Origin: Anthoceros angustus
Taxonomy: Eukaryota > Plantae > Anthocerotophyta
Direction: 5' to 3'
Assembly: GCA_010909165.1 (NCBI GenBank)
Contig: MU008163.1
Coordinates: 1,984,001-2,048,000 of the forward strand
Length of the DNA stretch: 64,000 nucleotides
Positions 26,642 to 40,359 of the stretch are shown here, one piece after another; position 1 is the first letter of the stretch, and each line of letters starts with the position of its first letter. Both the position numbers and the translations under genes were made by a program. The notes beneath the pieces are model-generated. The model ran no database searches and was not told where the DNA came from. It was given only the letters and a program-made list of their open reading frames with translations.

Positions 26642-29202
26642 TCAAACCCTAAAATCTATCAATGCTGGGTTTATACAAACAGGTACATCCACATGTTTGG
26701 GATGTGCATCAAGCAACTTTGCAATAGTCTTGGCTACATCCAAGTACAAGCAATATTTGTGGCTGGCTGACGTATCTTCTAACTTCTTGATCATGTTTAA
26801 GTAAGAATCATGATTTTGGGAAAACCGTGACGGTAATATTGCTTGTGGGATGACTGAGTCCAGTGTACTTTTACATGTCCATTCCCCGGTATACCAATTA
26901 AAATTATATAAAGGGAGGAACCGTTGACCATATTCAGCTAGGAACTCAATGGCGGAAAGAATGAACTCAAATTCTTCATTGGAGATATAGTAGCCGAAGC
27001 TGAGCCTTGCCCATCCTGGCCTTACAGCACCTTTACCCTGAGTAGCATTCGACTGGTCAGATTCACGATCGTCTCAGAACATCTCAAAGCACAACGGAAA
27101 TACACAAACGTTCGGTCACTACCTGTTGTAGAGATTCGCGGATGGCCAGGGAACGTTGGTGGTTGATGTTGAGAAGGTAGTGGCCGTAGGGTCCAGCACA
27201 TGCACATCCTGCTCGGGCTTGAATACCAAACAGGTCATTCAAAAGCCTCACAACAAAACGGCAATGCAAGGGCTTCCCACGTTGTTCTGTGCTCAGCTTC
27301 TCCTTTTTCATGTCAGAGTTAAATGCGTATATGTCGATCTTGTCTGGAACACAGCAGCTAGCATATTCCTCGTCAAAGCTGCTCACTCTCCGTCGGTGTG
27401 CTTGAGGCTCCAGTTGTAGCTGGTGGGCGTCCCTGTTCTTCATCGGCTCTTTTGAGTCAACCACGAACGACAGGATAGCACAACGCTTAGCTTCAGTGTT
27501 GCCAAGTATGCGAATGTAGGGGTTCTTCTGCAACCGCTTGATAGCAGTGGTAATGAAGTGCTGCTCACGGGTTTCAATCAGATGAGAGCCGATAAGTTCC
27601 TTTACCCAGAAGGCGAGAGCAGCCCTGACCTTTTGCACAATGGGAGGAGTACCAGCGTCCTCCCTGTGCTCAACGTTCTCAATGTAGAGGGTATCCTGCA
27701 TCAACACAAGATAAAAATGTTGTGCTTTTAGTGTTTCATATGGTTTAGTCCAAACCTGTCAGATTCTGCAGTCTTCTTACCTGTCTGTTATATCCGTTCA
27801 CAAACTCTACAGTACCACCTCCGCAAAAGGATGGTGGACCATCCTTAAGCAGGTAAATCTTCTTGCTCATCAGCAAGATGCCGGGTGAACCTGGGCCTCC
27901 CACGAATTTGTGAGGGCTTAACACCAGAGCATCGTAACCATCCAACTGTCCAGCGCGCATATCGATCTTCACATAAGGGCCACTGTAACCAGAAAACAAC
28001 ATAAGACCTGGAGTTATGTGGACTTGAGCACCTGAGGTAGCTGCAGAGCACTGAATAAGCATGTTCTCACCAGGCAGCAAAGTCAAAACAGACAAAAGCA
28101 CCATGCTCATGGAGAAGGCGGGCAATTGCTCGGGTGTCACTCATAATGCCCGTCACGTTACTGGCTGCCGAGAAGGAGCCAAGCTTGGGTCGATCTCTGT
28201 ATTTAGGATCCTGCAGTCTTACCTCAAGCTCCCTCATATCCACACCACTGCCATCTTCGTGAATAGGTATCTCTATCACCTGCATTCAAATTGCACACCG
28301 TTTCACAATATTCGATAACAAGAAGCTCTCACATGATGCTGTCCATACTTGAGTTCCACTCTAAAGATTTAGCAGCTCGGGAGAAGTCCGATCAAGCTTG
28401 GTTGACGTGGTTGGGAACCTACCTCGGCCAAACTCTCCCGCCATGACAGCAAATTAGAGTGGTGCTCATAGGGCCCGAGAAACACCACCCACCTCTCGCC
28501 GGGGTCCAGCATACTGAGGACTCGTTCTCGGAGAGTAGAAGGCACGGTGATGGCCATGCAATCTTGAAGCTTTTTCAAAGCCGCTGTTGTCCCAGCACCA
28601 CAGAAGAAGATGGCCTCTTCCTCTGTTCCGCCCAGGCAATGCTTGATGAAGTCTCCAGCCTCCTGGACCGCTTGGCTCATCCTCTTGCCAACATGACTGT
28701 CTTCCGTGTGCGTATTCCCTGGCAAAAAAATAAAACGTGTGAGAAAGTTAACGAGCTTCATGTCATCGACGGCAGCTGGCGATCGCGAAGGACAAACTGC
28801 TACGAAGTGAGCTGTACCGTAAAATGGTAGCACACGTTGAGCCAAGATGTTCTCAACGTGCAGAAGGTGCTGTCCCGACGCTGTGTGGTCCGCGTAGGTC
28901 AGAAGCCGCTTGACACCAAGCGGTGTAGTGAATTCAACATTGCGTCCAATGATCTGAGACCTGAGCCAAGCACATCTTTCCGCTTCACTTTTCTCAGCAT
29001 TCTTCCACTGTGGTGGCAGAAGTTGCTCTTCATGGCCTAGAGTAAGCTTCGCAGCTGAAATGCTTTCACTTTCTTCTGCTTTCGTTCGCGAACCCTGATC
29101 AATCACAGGACACGTCTGCACCTTCCTCTCGACCTGATCCAACGTTTGATGATATGACGCCATCAAGGTTGGACTTCTCGGCGCCATTGAGGAAGGTGAC
29201 AA
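26642..29202 (-). CDS. PLP-dependent aminotransferase class V / cysteine-desulfurase-like protein, about 6 exons
   Basis: YADHTASG, NTHTE, FCGAGTTAA, GPYEHHSNLLSWRE, GSFSAASNVTG, LSPHKFVGGPG (PLP lysine), GTPPIVQ, GIQARAGCACAGPYG. A last exon absent from the ORF track reads RPGWARLSFGYY...PALIDFRV*. Confidence 0.9.
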
Positions 29203-29759
29203 TTGTCGCTGCGATTATGACAGAAGCCCTTGGCTCTAAGCCTCCATGCCTGCAGACGGTTCTGCGTGTTTCGAGATGATTTCAGAAGGTCAGAAGAACG
29301 TACGTACAGCTGAAGACAGATACATGAAGCGCAAATATACTCTTGTGTCTCCTATCGCTTGAAAGCAGCACAAGAGAGTTGAAGGACAACCGGCGGCTAT
29401 GAAGGACTGTCGGCCACTGGACTGGAGGGAGGAATCGGGTCTGACAATAGCCGGAATCAAGAGAACGCCATTTCAAAGGAGGCTACAATCATGATATATC
29501 GTATGGTTGAAGTGGACGAAGCGTGCTTATGCTTCCAACCGGAGAAGCAGACAGACAGAGCTCACAAGACTGTATCACGAAGATCTTGGCACTCCTAGCC
29601 TGGTTCCGAATGGAGGTACTCAGCATGCTTCCGTGGCTATTTCAACTTGGGTGGAGACGCTGCGGCAGCAAGCAGAGAGAGGAAAGCAAGATGCAGTTGA
29701 GGAAAGAGAGCAACACCATGCCTCTCACGAGTGCTGTTGAAATGCGTCGGGGCACGAGC

Positions 29760-30500
29760 TTCCTTCATCAGCTCAGCGGCAGCAAACGCCACTCCGCAAG
29801 CCATTTCTAGATCAACCGGAAGAGCTTAAGCGTGGCAAGCTCACCAGCGTCACTCACAGAAAGTGACAGAACAGCAAGGCCTGGTTCAAGTACAATCCCG
29901 GACATGGACAAACACAATCTTGCTGCAAGCGCCTTGAGCATTGAGTATGTCATGTCAGAGTCTAGGATGCCGCTGAGATTCGAACAAACAAAACAAATAT
30001 CAAAACTCCACATGTGCGATTCCGGCACCACAGCTAAACGATGTCTGCTTTCCGAGGAGTCCAGGACGCCGAGTAGCTGCGGTGCCGGAACCTCAGAGAG
30101 AGCGTGTTATGCGCACCCTCCCTAGCTGTACGCTGTACGCAGCCGGAGGAATTGCTACGAGAATGCCAATGGATTTCCGGACTGCGATTCTCCGGTTCGC
30201 GCTCCATCTCCACTGTCCGTGGCGCTCTGGACTCTGGAGTCTGCAACTGACAGCTAAAAGCAAACCCTGTCCCTGTCGCCACCAACTGTCGAGAGCTGGA
30301 GAGTGCCTTGATGCGCATCACCACCTTGGTCACTGACATGGCCAGGAGATTCTTCACTTCTTGGTAGGTAGTGAATGAACCTGGTCCAAGTTCGCTGTCT
30401 TGACCTCGGCACTGAAGAAGCATTCCTTCCATGCTGACCCTTTCCTTGAGGCTTGGAGAACTTTTCCTTTGCGCTTTTTTAGGACCGGTCTAGCGCCGCA
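29760..30500 (-). CDS. Possible small multi-exon gene or gene fragment of unknown product
   Basis: Coding-like frames (FTTYQEVKNLLAMSVTKVVMRIKALSS; GILDSDMTYSMLKALAARLCLSMSGIVLEPG) with plausible splice sites. No start codon or family recognised. Confidence 0.3.
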
Positions 30501-31058
30501 CGAAGAGCAAGACACGAGGATAATGTACATACGTAGGTGCTATGTTTCTAGTCAGTTTGATATTTAATAATATTATATAGGTGCCAAATTCTTTTTCAGC
30601 TTCACACTTTTGCAAATTATTTATATAAGTTTATTTAAGATGTAAGATGCAGCTCATTTTTTATCATTGGATGAATAGAGAAACTCGTATTCACTAACTA
30701 GAAAGAATGGACTAACTACGTAAAGGACACAAGATGAGACATACCCGGCCTTAGAGATACAAGATGGAAACACAAACACCCCCCAGTCACATAGATAGCA
30801 ACCGCAGATTAGAGACACGTGAAAGTAGGACACGAGGAAGATTAGAGAGGGGACAAAGCTAGGAGCTCACCCAACACGATTTGTTGACGACTGTGTGTGT
30901 GCCGTTTTATTGTGTGGACAATATGACCACCCACTTGTTGAGGAAAAATGTGACCACCTACACTGGTTTTCAACACGGAATGGAACGACTGCTGGCATCC
31001 GAAACGGGCACGTTCTTCTGGACGCGAAGAGAGGAATGCGAAGACGTAGGGATGAGTA

Positions 31059-33464
31059 CTACAAGTCTGCGAGCCGTTCATTTTCCCGCCGTAGATGCCG
31101 TACCTCCTCTATTAGTTCAGCCTGGAAATCTTGCATGTTTTTCATGGCAGCTTTCATCTCCAGGTGTTGAATGTGGAACTGGCGAAGTAGCTCAAGGTGG
31201 AGGTTCTGGACGTCTTCATGAATGGCTTGCTGTACCGCTCCAAGAGATTCATCTAGAGCTCGCTGCACTAGCTGGAGAGCAAAGGAAGGGGTCTCAGGCT
31301 GAGAATGACCTTGGGGTAGAGAGCTAATTGAGGAGACCTGTCCGACTGGAAGAGGAAGTTGCCGGGGCGAAGTTCCGGCGTCAGCTTTCGTTTCACGTGA
31401 GACGTCGCTTCCTTTTGCCAAATCCGCAGCCGATTTCGGTTTGCCGCTATCATCCTTGCTCTGGGGTGGAGGAGAGAGAGAGTTGACTGCTGTCACGCCA
31501 TCTCCAGCCTCAAGCGATTTCGCTTGCGAGAAATTCGGCTGCAACCTTTTGTCCCCAGAAGCCAGCTTTCTTGAAGAGACCATGAGCCTGTGATTCCCTA
31601 GTGATCCTGCAGGATCCACAGATCGCAACCCTTCAAATCCTGTCGGAGACCCGCTTGCTGAAGACAGATGTTTCAGACCTAAAGCCAGCCGAGATGAAGA
31701 CAAGTCCAGGTCCGAGTTCTGTGCTCCGTTAAAAGCGGCCCAGGGGGCTGCACCATTTGCTGCAGGCGTTCCCAATGAATCAAGCTCAGGAGGGGCTGAC
31801 TCTCCAGAATTAGCCACTTGAACGGGAGTCGAATATGCAAACCTTGAAATCAGGTGCCCTTGAATCGGAGCTGCACGAAACGTACCCCTGTCAGCTGGTG
31901 CATCCCCTCCCCAAGCCTCTGGAGGAGTTGCTGAAGGCGATCTTGCCAGAAGACCCATAAGTCTGCCCGTTCCAGGTGACGAGGGGGAAATCTGTGCTGG
32001 CGTGCCGTCCTTCTGTGCTGAACGGGGCTCGTCCTTGAAGTCTTCAAAGGTGGAAAGCCTCCTTATGCCAGGTGATTTCAGTCCCCAAGAAGACTTCTTC
32101 GCTCCATCCCCTGATGGTAAGTCTCTCCTAAAGTCATAGTTCTCATCCCACGAATTGAGCATGGAGGGCATGATCGGCTGCACATCAACCAGAGGCGAAA
32201 ACACCTCCATGTCATCATCTCCACCGAAAGCAGCTCGAGGGGTCTGCAGTCGTGTCACACCTCCGTTTGTCCACGGCTGGCTAGCCCTACTCCCGTCCAC
32301 AGCTGACCTTCCAGAGACTGCACCCGGCGCAGTTCCAGCACCATCCTCAGCACCCCTTCCTGCATTTCGCAAACTGGCAGCCGAAGTTAGAGAACGTCCT
32401 CTTGTGCTAGGAACTGTGGCTGGAAGAGGATCCGGCATGAGAACAGAGTCTTCTGTTGTGACAGATCCAAGTAAAGCGGTATCCAGATTGCAGTTGGCCT
32501 CATTCACAGCAACGGGGTTGCTACGCTGCCAGCTCAAGCTCGAAACAGCATCGGAGGCACCGTAAGCTCGAAGGATAGTGAACGGCTGCAGCTTGCCCCT
32601 AATGTCATAAAACACCACCCGACCACTGTTTGTACCAGCTGCTAAAACTCCACCATCATCCCTGAACGCCAAGGACGAAAACGGTGCTTCACACGGAACA
32701 CAATGCACAGGTTTCTTCAATCCGGGGTCAAAAGCATACAGCTTCTTGTCCAAACCAACGCTGACAATGAGCTTATCATTGCTCGGCGAGAAGCAAACCC
32801 CCGTAGTCGGAGCCAAATGCTGCTTCATCCAAGACATCTTCGGACTCCGACCCGTGGTATCCCAGAGGTGAACCGAGCCATCGTCCCCAGCTGTCACCAA
32901 CATGTGCCTGCTAACCCGCGAATACTCCAACACTCTCAGCACCTGGTTGTTCGGATCTTTCAGCTCAGCTGTGCGGGTGCCTGATGCCAGATTATGCAGA
33001 ATAAGATCTCCGCTCAAGCTCACAGACGCCAGCTGCTCATCCCTGCAATTATATCCTACGCCTGTGATCGTCTCCACATGACCTTTCAACCACTTGATGC
33101 ACCGCTTCCGCTGGAGGTCCCACACTCTCACCACTTTCCCTGAGCCACCTGAACACATGTATCTTGAACCCTTGCTGCTGAAACATATGGCCAGAATGGA
33201 CTCGTCGGCGGCCTCCACCGTGTCTGTGTTCAGCTCTGGCATAATTCCTACGGATTGTCCATTCTTCATCCATAGCGAGATCTTGCGGTCTTCTCCGGCA
33301 CTGGCAATCACCAAATTGGTGTGGTTCCATCGGACGCAGTTCACCAGCAACCCTGGGGTCGGCGTGTGCTGGAAAGCGCAAGGGTCTCCCCGCTCCACCG
33401 ACACGTCGAAGAGCTTCACGGTGTCGCCTCCGCACGCCGCGAGCAGGGACTGCGTCTGCGCCAT
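31059..33464 (-). CDS. NEDD1: NEDD1/GCP-WD gamma-tubulin ring complex targeting WD40 protein, 801 aa, single exon
   Basis: [59 protein letters not shown], and C-terminal [33 protein letters not shown] coiled coil. Confidence 0.95.
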   Translation of the reverse strand: MAQTQSLLAACGGDTVKLFDVSVERGDPCAFQHTPTPGLLVNCVRWNHTNLVIASAGEDRKISLWMKNGQSVGIMPELNTDTVEAADESILAICFSSKGSRYMCSGGSGKVVRVWDLQRKRCIKWLKGHVETITGVGYNCRDEQLASVSLSGDLILHNLASGTRTAELKDPNNQVLRVLEYSRVSRHMLVTAGDDGSVHLWDTTGRSPKMSWMKQHLAPTTGVCFSPSNDKLIVSVGLDKKLYAFDPGLKKPVHCVPCEAPFSSLAFRDDGGVLAAGTNSGRVVFYDIRGKLQPFTILRAYGASDAVSSLSWQRSNPVAVNEANCNLDTALLGSVTTEDSVLMPDPLPATVPSTRGRSLTSAASLRNAGRGAEDGAGTAPGAVSGRSAVDGSRASQPWTNGGVTRLQTPRAAFGGDDDMEVFSPLVDVQPIMPSMLNSWDENYDFRRDLPSGDGAKKSSWGLKSPGIRRLSTFEDFKDEPRSAQKDGTPAQISPSSPGTGRLMGLLARSPSATPPEAWGGDAPADRGTFRAAPIQGHLISRFAYSTPVQVANSGESAPPELDSLGTPAANGAAPWAAFNGAQNSDLDLSSSRLALGLKHLSSASGSPTGFEGLRSVDPAGSLGNHRLMVSSRKLASGDKRLQPNFSQAKSLEAGDGVTAVNSLSPPPQSKDDSGKPKSAADLAKGSDVSRETKADAGTSPRQLPLPVGQVSSISSLPQGHSQPETPSFALQLVQRALDESLGAVQQAIHEDVQNLHLELLRQFHIQHLEMKAAMKNMQDFQAELIEEVRHLRRENERLADL

Positions 33465-33515
33465 GGCCGGGCAGTAGTAATTTTCGCAACTTCCTCAAAC
33501 AGGAGCTTCCCTCGC

Positions 33516-33532
33516 AAACCCTAAACCCTAAA
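33516..33532. promoter_or_regulatory. Tandem telo-box (AAACCCT)2AAA in the shared NEDD1/RPL36a upstream region
   Basis: AAACCCTAAACCCTAAA is visible. Telo-boxes are established elements of plant ribosomal-protein and cell-cycle promoters. Confidence 0.75.
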
Positions 33533-33642
33533 ATGGTCGGGGTGACAGCGTTTTTTCCTCTTTCGCTCCGAGTCTTCATCAGTTGCCTGGATTCTCTGCC
33601 GGCGCGGTTGGTTGCGGTGTTGGCTACGGGCCGCTTTCAGCC

Positions 33643-34260
<618 letters not shown>

Positions 34261-35267
34261 GTGTCTGTAGAATTGCAGGATTCAATTTTGAGCTCTTGTA
34301 TCCGTTGGCACATTTACTTTGTGCTGCTGATGGTGACGATGAGAGATGTGGCTGAGCTTGTGCTCAGTCTCCGGAAGTGTTGTGGATCTATGGGTTAATT
34401 AGCGGCCAGTTCCACACTCAATCCTGGCTGCAACGGTAGTAAAGAGCTAATCTCTTGTCTCAAAAGCCTTGTATTGCGTTCAGTTCGCACGCCCAATGGT
34501 CCGATTTGCACGACTCCCAGTGCTGGTGCTGTTGTTGCGTCTCGTATTCGCTTCCTTCCTTCCTTCGTGCACAATTTCATGCGCCAGATGTTATCTGAAG
34601 TGAGATGAACGCGTTCAACCCAGAGCTGGCGATGGCACAGCGTCGTTACATCAGGTATGTTGCTTGATATGACAGCATTTGCTAACCTTCTCGTGATGAC
34701 CTGACGGTTGATCGTAGCAAACTCCTTCCACCCTGTTGGTAAGTCTGTGCAGAAGCTCCTGACTTGATACTCAATCTGAGTATTTAGCTGAAACTGTGAG
34801 CCTACTCGTGTCAACATGGGCAGCTCACTGAGGCCGTTGAGGCTCTGGGAGCCTTGGTAATTACTAATGACCCGTGGTTGTACGTCCAAACCTCATTTGC
34901 TACGGTTCTGCTCTCACCTTGACGGAGGGGCATGAGTCGGACTTAACCCCTAGATGACGAACAGATTTTCCCCCTATTTCCCTGCTCATCAATTCACCCA
35001 AATTATGGTTCGTCAGCGTGATTTTTGTTCGTTTTTCTGATACCACAATAATTCCCAGCACTCGGCGAGCTTTGGAGTCTTCCATCTCCATTTAGAGGTA
35101 ACTCGGGGAGGTTAGGAGCTCGATGTTCCCCACCTTACCATGGAATCATATTGTTCTTTGAGCAATCTCACTATATGAACTATTTAACTAATTCCTGCAA
35201 TTTATGAAAGCATCAACGCCTCACCACAATGAGTGTCTTCCATGTTGTATTAAATACAAAACACGCA

Positions 35268-36480
35268 CAGTCAAGCGGCCAGAACCGAGCTTAACGTATA
35301 GTCTTAAATCCAAGATATTCATTTGTTTAAATTTAATAATTAAAATATTTAAATGATTTAAATTCAATAAATTGGGAGCACCAGTCAAGTCAAGTGGCCG
35401 GAACCGAGCTTCCGGTATAGTCTTAAATCCAAGATATTCATATGTTAAAATTTAATAATTAAACATATTTAAATTCAATAAATTGGAAGCAACACTTAAA
35501 GGGTTCGAACCAACAAGCTCACCTTCGTACATGGCAATCTAACAACTACTACTACTACTACTTCATTTATGTCCACGGAGGATGGAAGGACCATCATGGG
35601 ATAGAGATAGTATAGCCTAAAAAGAGATGAAACACGGCGTACACATACGTGCGTATGAACTAGAGGGACATAGACAGTTTGAGATGAGACCAAAAAAAAC
35701 AAAAAGGAGGGAAAGCTACAAGAAGGAAAAAAAAGGAAAAAATCTATAAACAGTCCAACCGGGTCTGCCGATAATCAAGAAGCTCGAAGAGACATAGACC
35801 AGTGAGCTTGGGAATATGAAAGGAAAAGAGTCTGCACAGGGAAAAACTAGCACACTCGAAAAGAAGCCTGTAACGAGCCTGAATAGGAGCATATGCAGGG
35901 CAAATCACTCAATTACAACAACAACAATAACTTTATTTATGTCTGCTTAGGATAGAAGGATCACCATGGGACAGAGATAATACAACGGAAAAGAAGTAAA
36001 AAATAGAGTACACATATGTACATCCAAATTAGAGACATAGGAAATGTTTGAGATAAGAGAAAAAAGATGCAAAAGATGCAAAAGCTAGAAGGAGTCCAAG
36101 AAGGCAATGATCAAGAAGCTCAAAAAGACATAGGCATGAGAGCTTAGGGATATGAAAAGAGAAAAATATGCACCATAAAAAACTTGGCATACTAAAAAAG
36201 AAGAGTGTATCAAGCCCCAATGTCACCGTAAGCGCGTGAGATGTCATTCATAAAAAGAAGTCTACAATTCAATCCATTACCGTAGACCAAGGTAACTTAG
36301 TATCCATAATTTTTCAGCTAATTAACTGGGCAAGCATCTCACTAAGGAAAGATAGGAGAGTAGAATCGCTATATATATGTAGCTACCATAATTTCCTAGC
36401 TAATTAACTGGGCAACGCATCTCACCAAGGAAAGATAGGAGAGTAGAATCTCTCTATATATGTAGCTACTCTAAGCTTAT
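35268..36480. repeat. AT-rich tract with several imperfect tandem duplications (about 120 bp x2 at 35268/35388; about 80 bp x2 at about 36304/36386; longer purine-rich duplicate at about 35580-36160)
   Basis: Repeated blocks such as GAACCGAGCTT..TATAGTCTTAAATCCAAGATATTCAT and GCTAATTAACTGGGCAA..CATCTCAC.AAGGAAAGATAGGAGAGTAGAATC. Probably transposon-derived. Confidence 0.7.
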
Positions 36481-37319
36481 CATAAGTTAAAATATGACCA
36501 AGGTAACTTTAACTCCGTGATCCAAGAAAAGTAATCCAAGCTCACGAGAGTAAGATCTCTATATATATAGCTATAAGCTCTTATCTATTATTCATAAGCT
36601 TAGTCTAAGTTAGAAATAAACGAGCTAAACTTTTATATCAAGTGGGAAGCCGGTGGAAGAAGTCTTAAAGTCAAGCTCTAAAATTTGATTCATTTGAGTT
36701 CTATTTTGAGCATCACGTGGGAGGTGCTAAACTTTGCAATAAGATTGTTTTTCTTAAGATGGTGGTAAAAAAGTGGCGATGTGGGTTAAGGGTCTTGAAG
36801 TGGTTTACAATCTTTACAGCTGGGATTGCTTATGTCACTGTGGGTGATAAGATGAATATTCATACCGATTTCTTGGATATCAAAGAGGACAAGCTCACAG
36901 TTGTTCCTCGAAAGAAAAGAGTTACATTTTCATTAGAGGATAATATATTTTGGATGCCACCACATACCCCATTGCCTCCATTGGAGCGACGAATACCTAC
37001 AGCAGCTAAACCGAAAGGAAGCGCGATGAAGAAGGGTGTATTGCCAGGTCCTATAAATGAAGTAGTGTCAACGCCATGTCAATGTCGTCAATGTGTGTCA
37101 ATGTGGTCAGTGTGTATTGTAATTTGAGTAGAAATGCTCATCAAAAGGTTTTTATTAAAGGAAGAGTGTGGAATCCTTTGTAAAATGGATGATCACCTTC
37201 ATGACTACTTCTCTCCTAAGGATCCTCTATTAATTTTTCGAAGCTCTTTATCCTGACGGTGGCTGTGGCGCGGGGGGAGAACCCCCATCGGATTTCATAG
37301 GTGTTGGGGGCCAGTAGTT

Positions 37320-37900
37320 TTGGCTATGGAGAAGCCCACTCCGGGGGTGCGCCCTATCGCCGTGGGAGAGGCGTTCCTATGTCTTATTAGCCGCAATATT
37401 GCCCTCCAGCTCAGGGAGCCATTCCGGGCTCATCTTAGCCCTCATCAATTTGGCATCGCCACCCCGGGGGGCTATAAGACAGTGAATTTTGAAGTCGAGG
37501 CAGTTCTCCAACTACATCCGGATTGGGTTGCCCTTTAGGTCGATGTTGAGAACGCTTTCAACATTGTATCCAGGGCGGTCATATTTCAAGAGCTTAAAGA
37601 CGCGGGCGGGCAACAGGCAAGTCTTATTCCTTTTGTTCGCTCTTTCTATGCTTCCCCGTCTAACCTATATTGTCAGCACGGCCTCTCAGTGGAGGGGATC
37701 TCCATGCTTGACTCCGCAACGGAAACCAGGTAGGGGGATCCCTTGGGGGGAGCTCTCTTTGCTATAGCGCATTTCAGGGCCTTGTCAATAACTACCTCCT
37801 CGGTGTGAAAGTGCCTCTTTCCGTCGATGGTCGACGACACCTACATCCTTGGGCCGGTAGACAAAGTCAAGGACGCTTTTGACCTCTTCTTGGAGATCTC
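37320..37900 (+). mobile_element. Decayed non-LTR retrotransposon reverse transcriptase fragment (CRE/RLE-type motifs)
   Basis: GVRPIAVGEAF, HQFGIATPGG, VDVENAFNIVSR, [Q]GDPLGGALFA and VDDTYIL, with in-frame stops at about 37536 and 37729. Confidence 0.88.
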
Positions 37901-38125
37901 CAAGAGAAGCATTATGGGCAGACACGGTATCAGCGGCACCAGTGGTAAGTAAGCCCTTCCCTAACTCGGACAACGACATCTTGGGGGCGGTTAGGGGTTC
38001 TAGGGTAGATTATTTAGTGCGGGGGCACGCCCCACCTGGCCTGGTGCCCCGTCGTGGGTTGTCCCCTTTTGCCTCGGGGTAGATGGGATTTCCCATCTCA
38101 TTCCTTTTATAAAGTCTCCACATTT

Positions 38126-38728
38126 TCTGGTAAAATGGATGCAGTAAATAGGAAAAAAATGTAGACATGTTTAATATAATTAATTGAGTGATCTTTGAGA
38201 AAAGATACTATAATACATTCTAGAATTATTCGTTGGTGGAGTAAGCATGTCATGCACCATTGTGCAAAATCGTAATAATATAATTGATAATTATTTGAAA
38301 TAAATAAATTAAAATAATTACAGAACAAGTTAACCGATTTAACCACTATCGAGGGCAAACTAACGAGAGCATCTAGCAACAATGGATGTATTGAATAATA
38401 GTGGCATATTATTCGTCCAATAAGCACAAACACAGAAGTATCATCTAATCCTCGTGCGGCAAGGGCAACGGGGGACAAGACTGCTTAGGTTGATGTTCAC
38501 TCTAAAGACAATTGTTGTAAGATAGAATGTGTTCTTAGCTACACCTTAGATTAACGATACAAGATGTTACATATATTCATGAAAGTTATTATTCTAAACG
38601 TATTCATTAATATAGTAAGCATCATTCTAAATTGTGTTGTAGGGTCTTTTCTCAAAGTTCATTCAATTAATTACATTAAAAATGTCTACATTCTCCTTTC
38701 TCCTATTTACTGTATCCATTTTACAAGA
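38126..38728. mobile_element. Non-autonomous element with about 100-bp terminal inverted repeats (foldback/Mutator-like)
   Basis: 38126-38226 is the reverse complement of about 38624-38728 (ATTTACTG.ATCCATTTTAC; TTTTCTCAAAG..CA.TCAATTAATTA.ATTAAA.ATGTCTACATT). The TSD was not resolved. Confidence 0.65.
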
Positions 38729-38840
38729 ATTCTATACTCTTCTTTTTATGAAACCTTTTGATGAGCATTTCTACTCAAGTGATATTGACGACATTGATAC
38801 AACGTGCACAATACTTCATTTACAATTCACATTATTTCAT

Positions 38841-40359
38841 TGACGGTGTGCAGGGGCATGAGGAGCACGAGGCGGGAGCGTGGTGCTGACCGTGGCCTGT
38901 GCAAGTATATGTCGGTGGTAGTGATGGAGGAAGGTCTATAAGAGGGGTGCGCAGTGGTCCCCCTCGATGCATGCAGGCTTGCTTCTAGAGCAAGGGGCCA
39001 ACACGGGCCCCTGCACGGGCGCGGCATGGCATGGCATGGCATGGCATGGCATGCTGGCCCCTATGGCCTCCGTCCTCGGCGGGCATGGCATGGCATGCTG
39101 GCGAGGCCCAAAGGGGCAAAAGGTTTGCGCGGGGAGGCGGCATGGCCTTTAGGGCACATGGCCCTGGTAGGGCCCAGTCCGTTGTTGCCTCCGCCCTTTC
39201 CGTACCACGCAGCCCCGGCTGGGGGGCAGCGTGCCCCGTGCGCCCGGGCTCCATCGAGGCATGGCGATGGCGATGGGGCTGTGGACAGTTGGGTTTCGCG
39301 GGGCCCGGGGGTTTTTAGGGTTTCTACGCTGTCGCAAGTGCGAGCGTGGGTTTGGTGGATTGTTCTGGGTTTTGGCGGGATGCGGCCACTCTGGGCGGGG
39401 GCCTCTGGCCAGCATATTAGGGCTCGCCATACTGAGTGCACACTCTGTATGCTCAGTCAAGGCCGAGGATTTTCTATCTCTGGTCCCTGGTGCCTCCTTG
39501 GCCCTGACTCTCTCGAGTCCTTTCGTCATCTGCACCTATTCTCTTTGCACACTTTTGCTGCAATTTGTCCTTTTCATTTCGGGTTTTTTCCATCAGTCTG
39601 TTAGCAACTATAGTTATCATTCCTGGTTATTCCCCCTAGCACTTTCTAGGTCCGCAAATTGTTGTGGGGACAGTTATGTGTTCTCCCCAATGGGGAGGTC
39701 CACACCTTTTGGGACCCTCAAGGACAATCCCTATTCGGTCTGTGCCCAGCTTTGCTGCGGAATTAAAGGGGTAAAAACCCACATTGGGCATGTGCATAAG
39801 GACTTTGACCAGACTACTTGGGCGACCAAAGTGTGTCTTGCCACCCTCACCACCTTTGCGGTGCAGGAACCGTTGTCTAGCTCCATTCTTCTAGAGATTC
39901 CTCTTTTATCTTGGGAATGGTTGTGGACCCAGCAAGATGACATCTTCGGGGTGTTTGAAACTTGCTTTCATTGCTCGCGCATCTTTCGCAGGCTTCCCAG
40001 GCACTTCCACGATGTCGCCCCCTTAGCATTTTGTCTTTCTCTAGACCGCCTTGCGCTTGACTCCTACTACGAGTTGGCTTGGTGTCTCCTTCTGCTTCTC
40101 CCTCAGTGGTGCAGGTTTGCATAGTACTGGGGGTGGGGTTTTTGGCCACGGGAGGTCGTTGATTGTCTTCAATGTTTTCGAGCCGGTGATTGGCCATATC
40201 TTCAAGAAGAGGCTTTGCGTGCTTCCAAGGCTCGTGCAAAACCTACGCAACGGATGGAACAAGCATAATTTAGGAAATGCGGCAAACCTGCGGTACCGCA
40301 AGTTGTTAGACCAAGTAGGTGAATATGCTTGGCTGCAAAGGCCCTTCATCCCCTCCCCT
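38841..40359 (-). mobile_element. Probable LTR (about 1.5 kb) with an adjacent polypurine tract; contains GC-rich (GCATG)n repeats
   Basis: TG...CA ends with near-inverted hexamers: TGACGG at 38841 and CCTTCA ending at 40348. On the minus strand AGGGGAGGGGA (40349-40359) abuts the TG, as expected for a PPT. No partner LTR found. Confidence 0.45.

Noticed and set aside
33516-33532. Telomere or chromosome-fusion scar
   Set aside because: Only two units, located in a ribosomal-protein promoter; explained as telo-boxes.
39231-40124. 297-aa ORF as a host gene
   Set aside because: It lies inside the probable LTR, has no motif and has competing ORFs in all frames.
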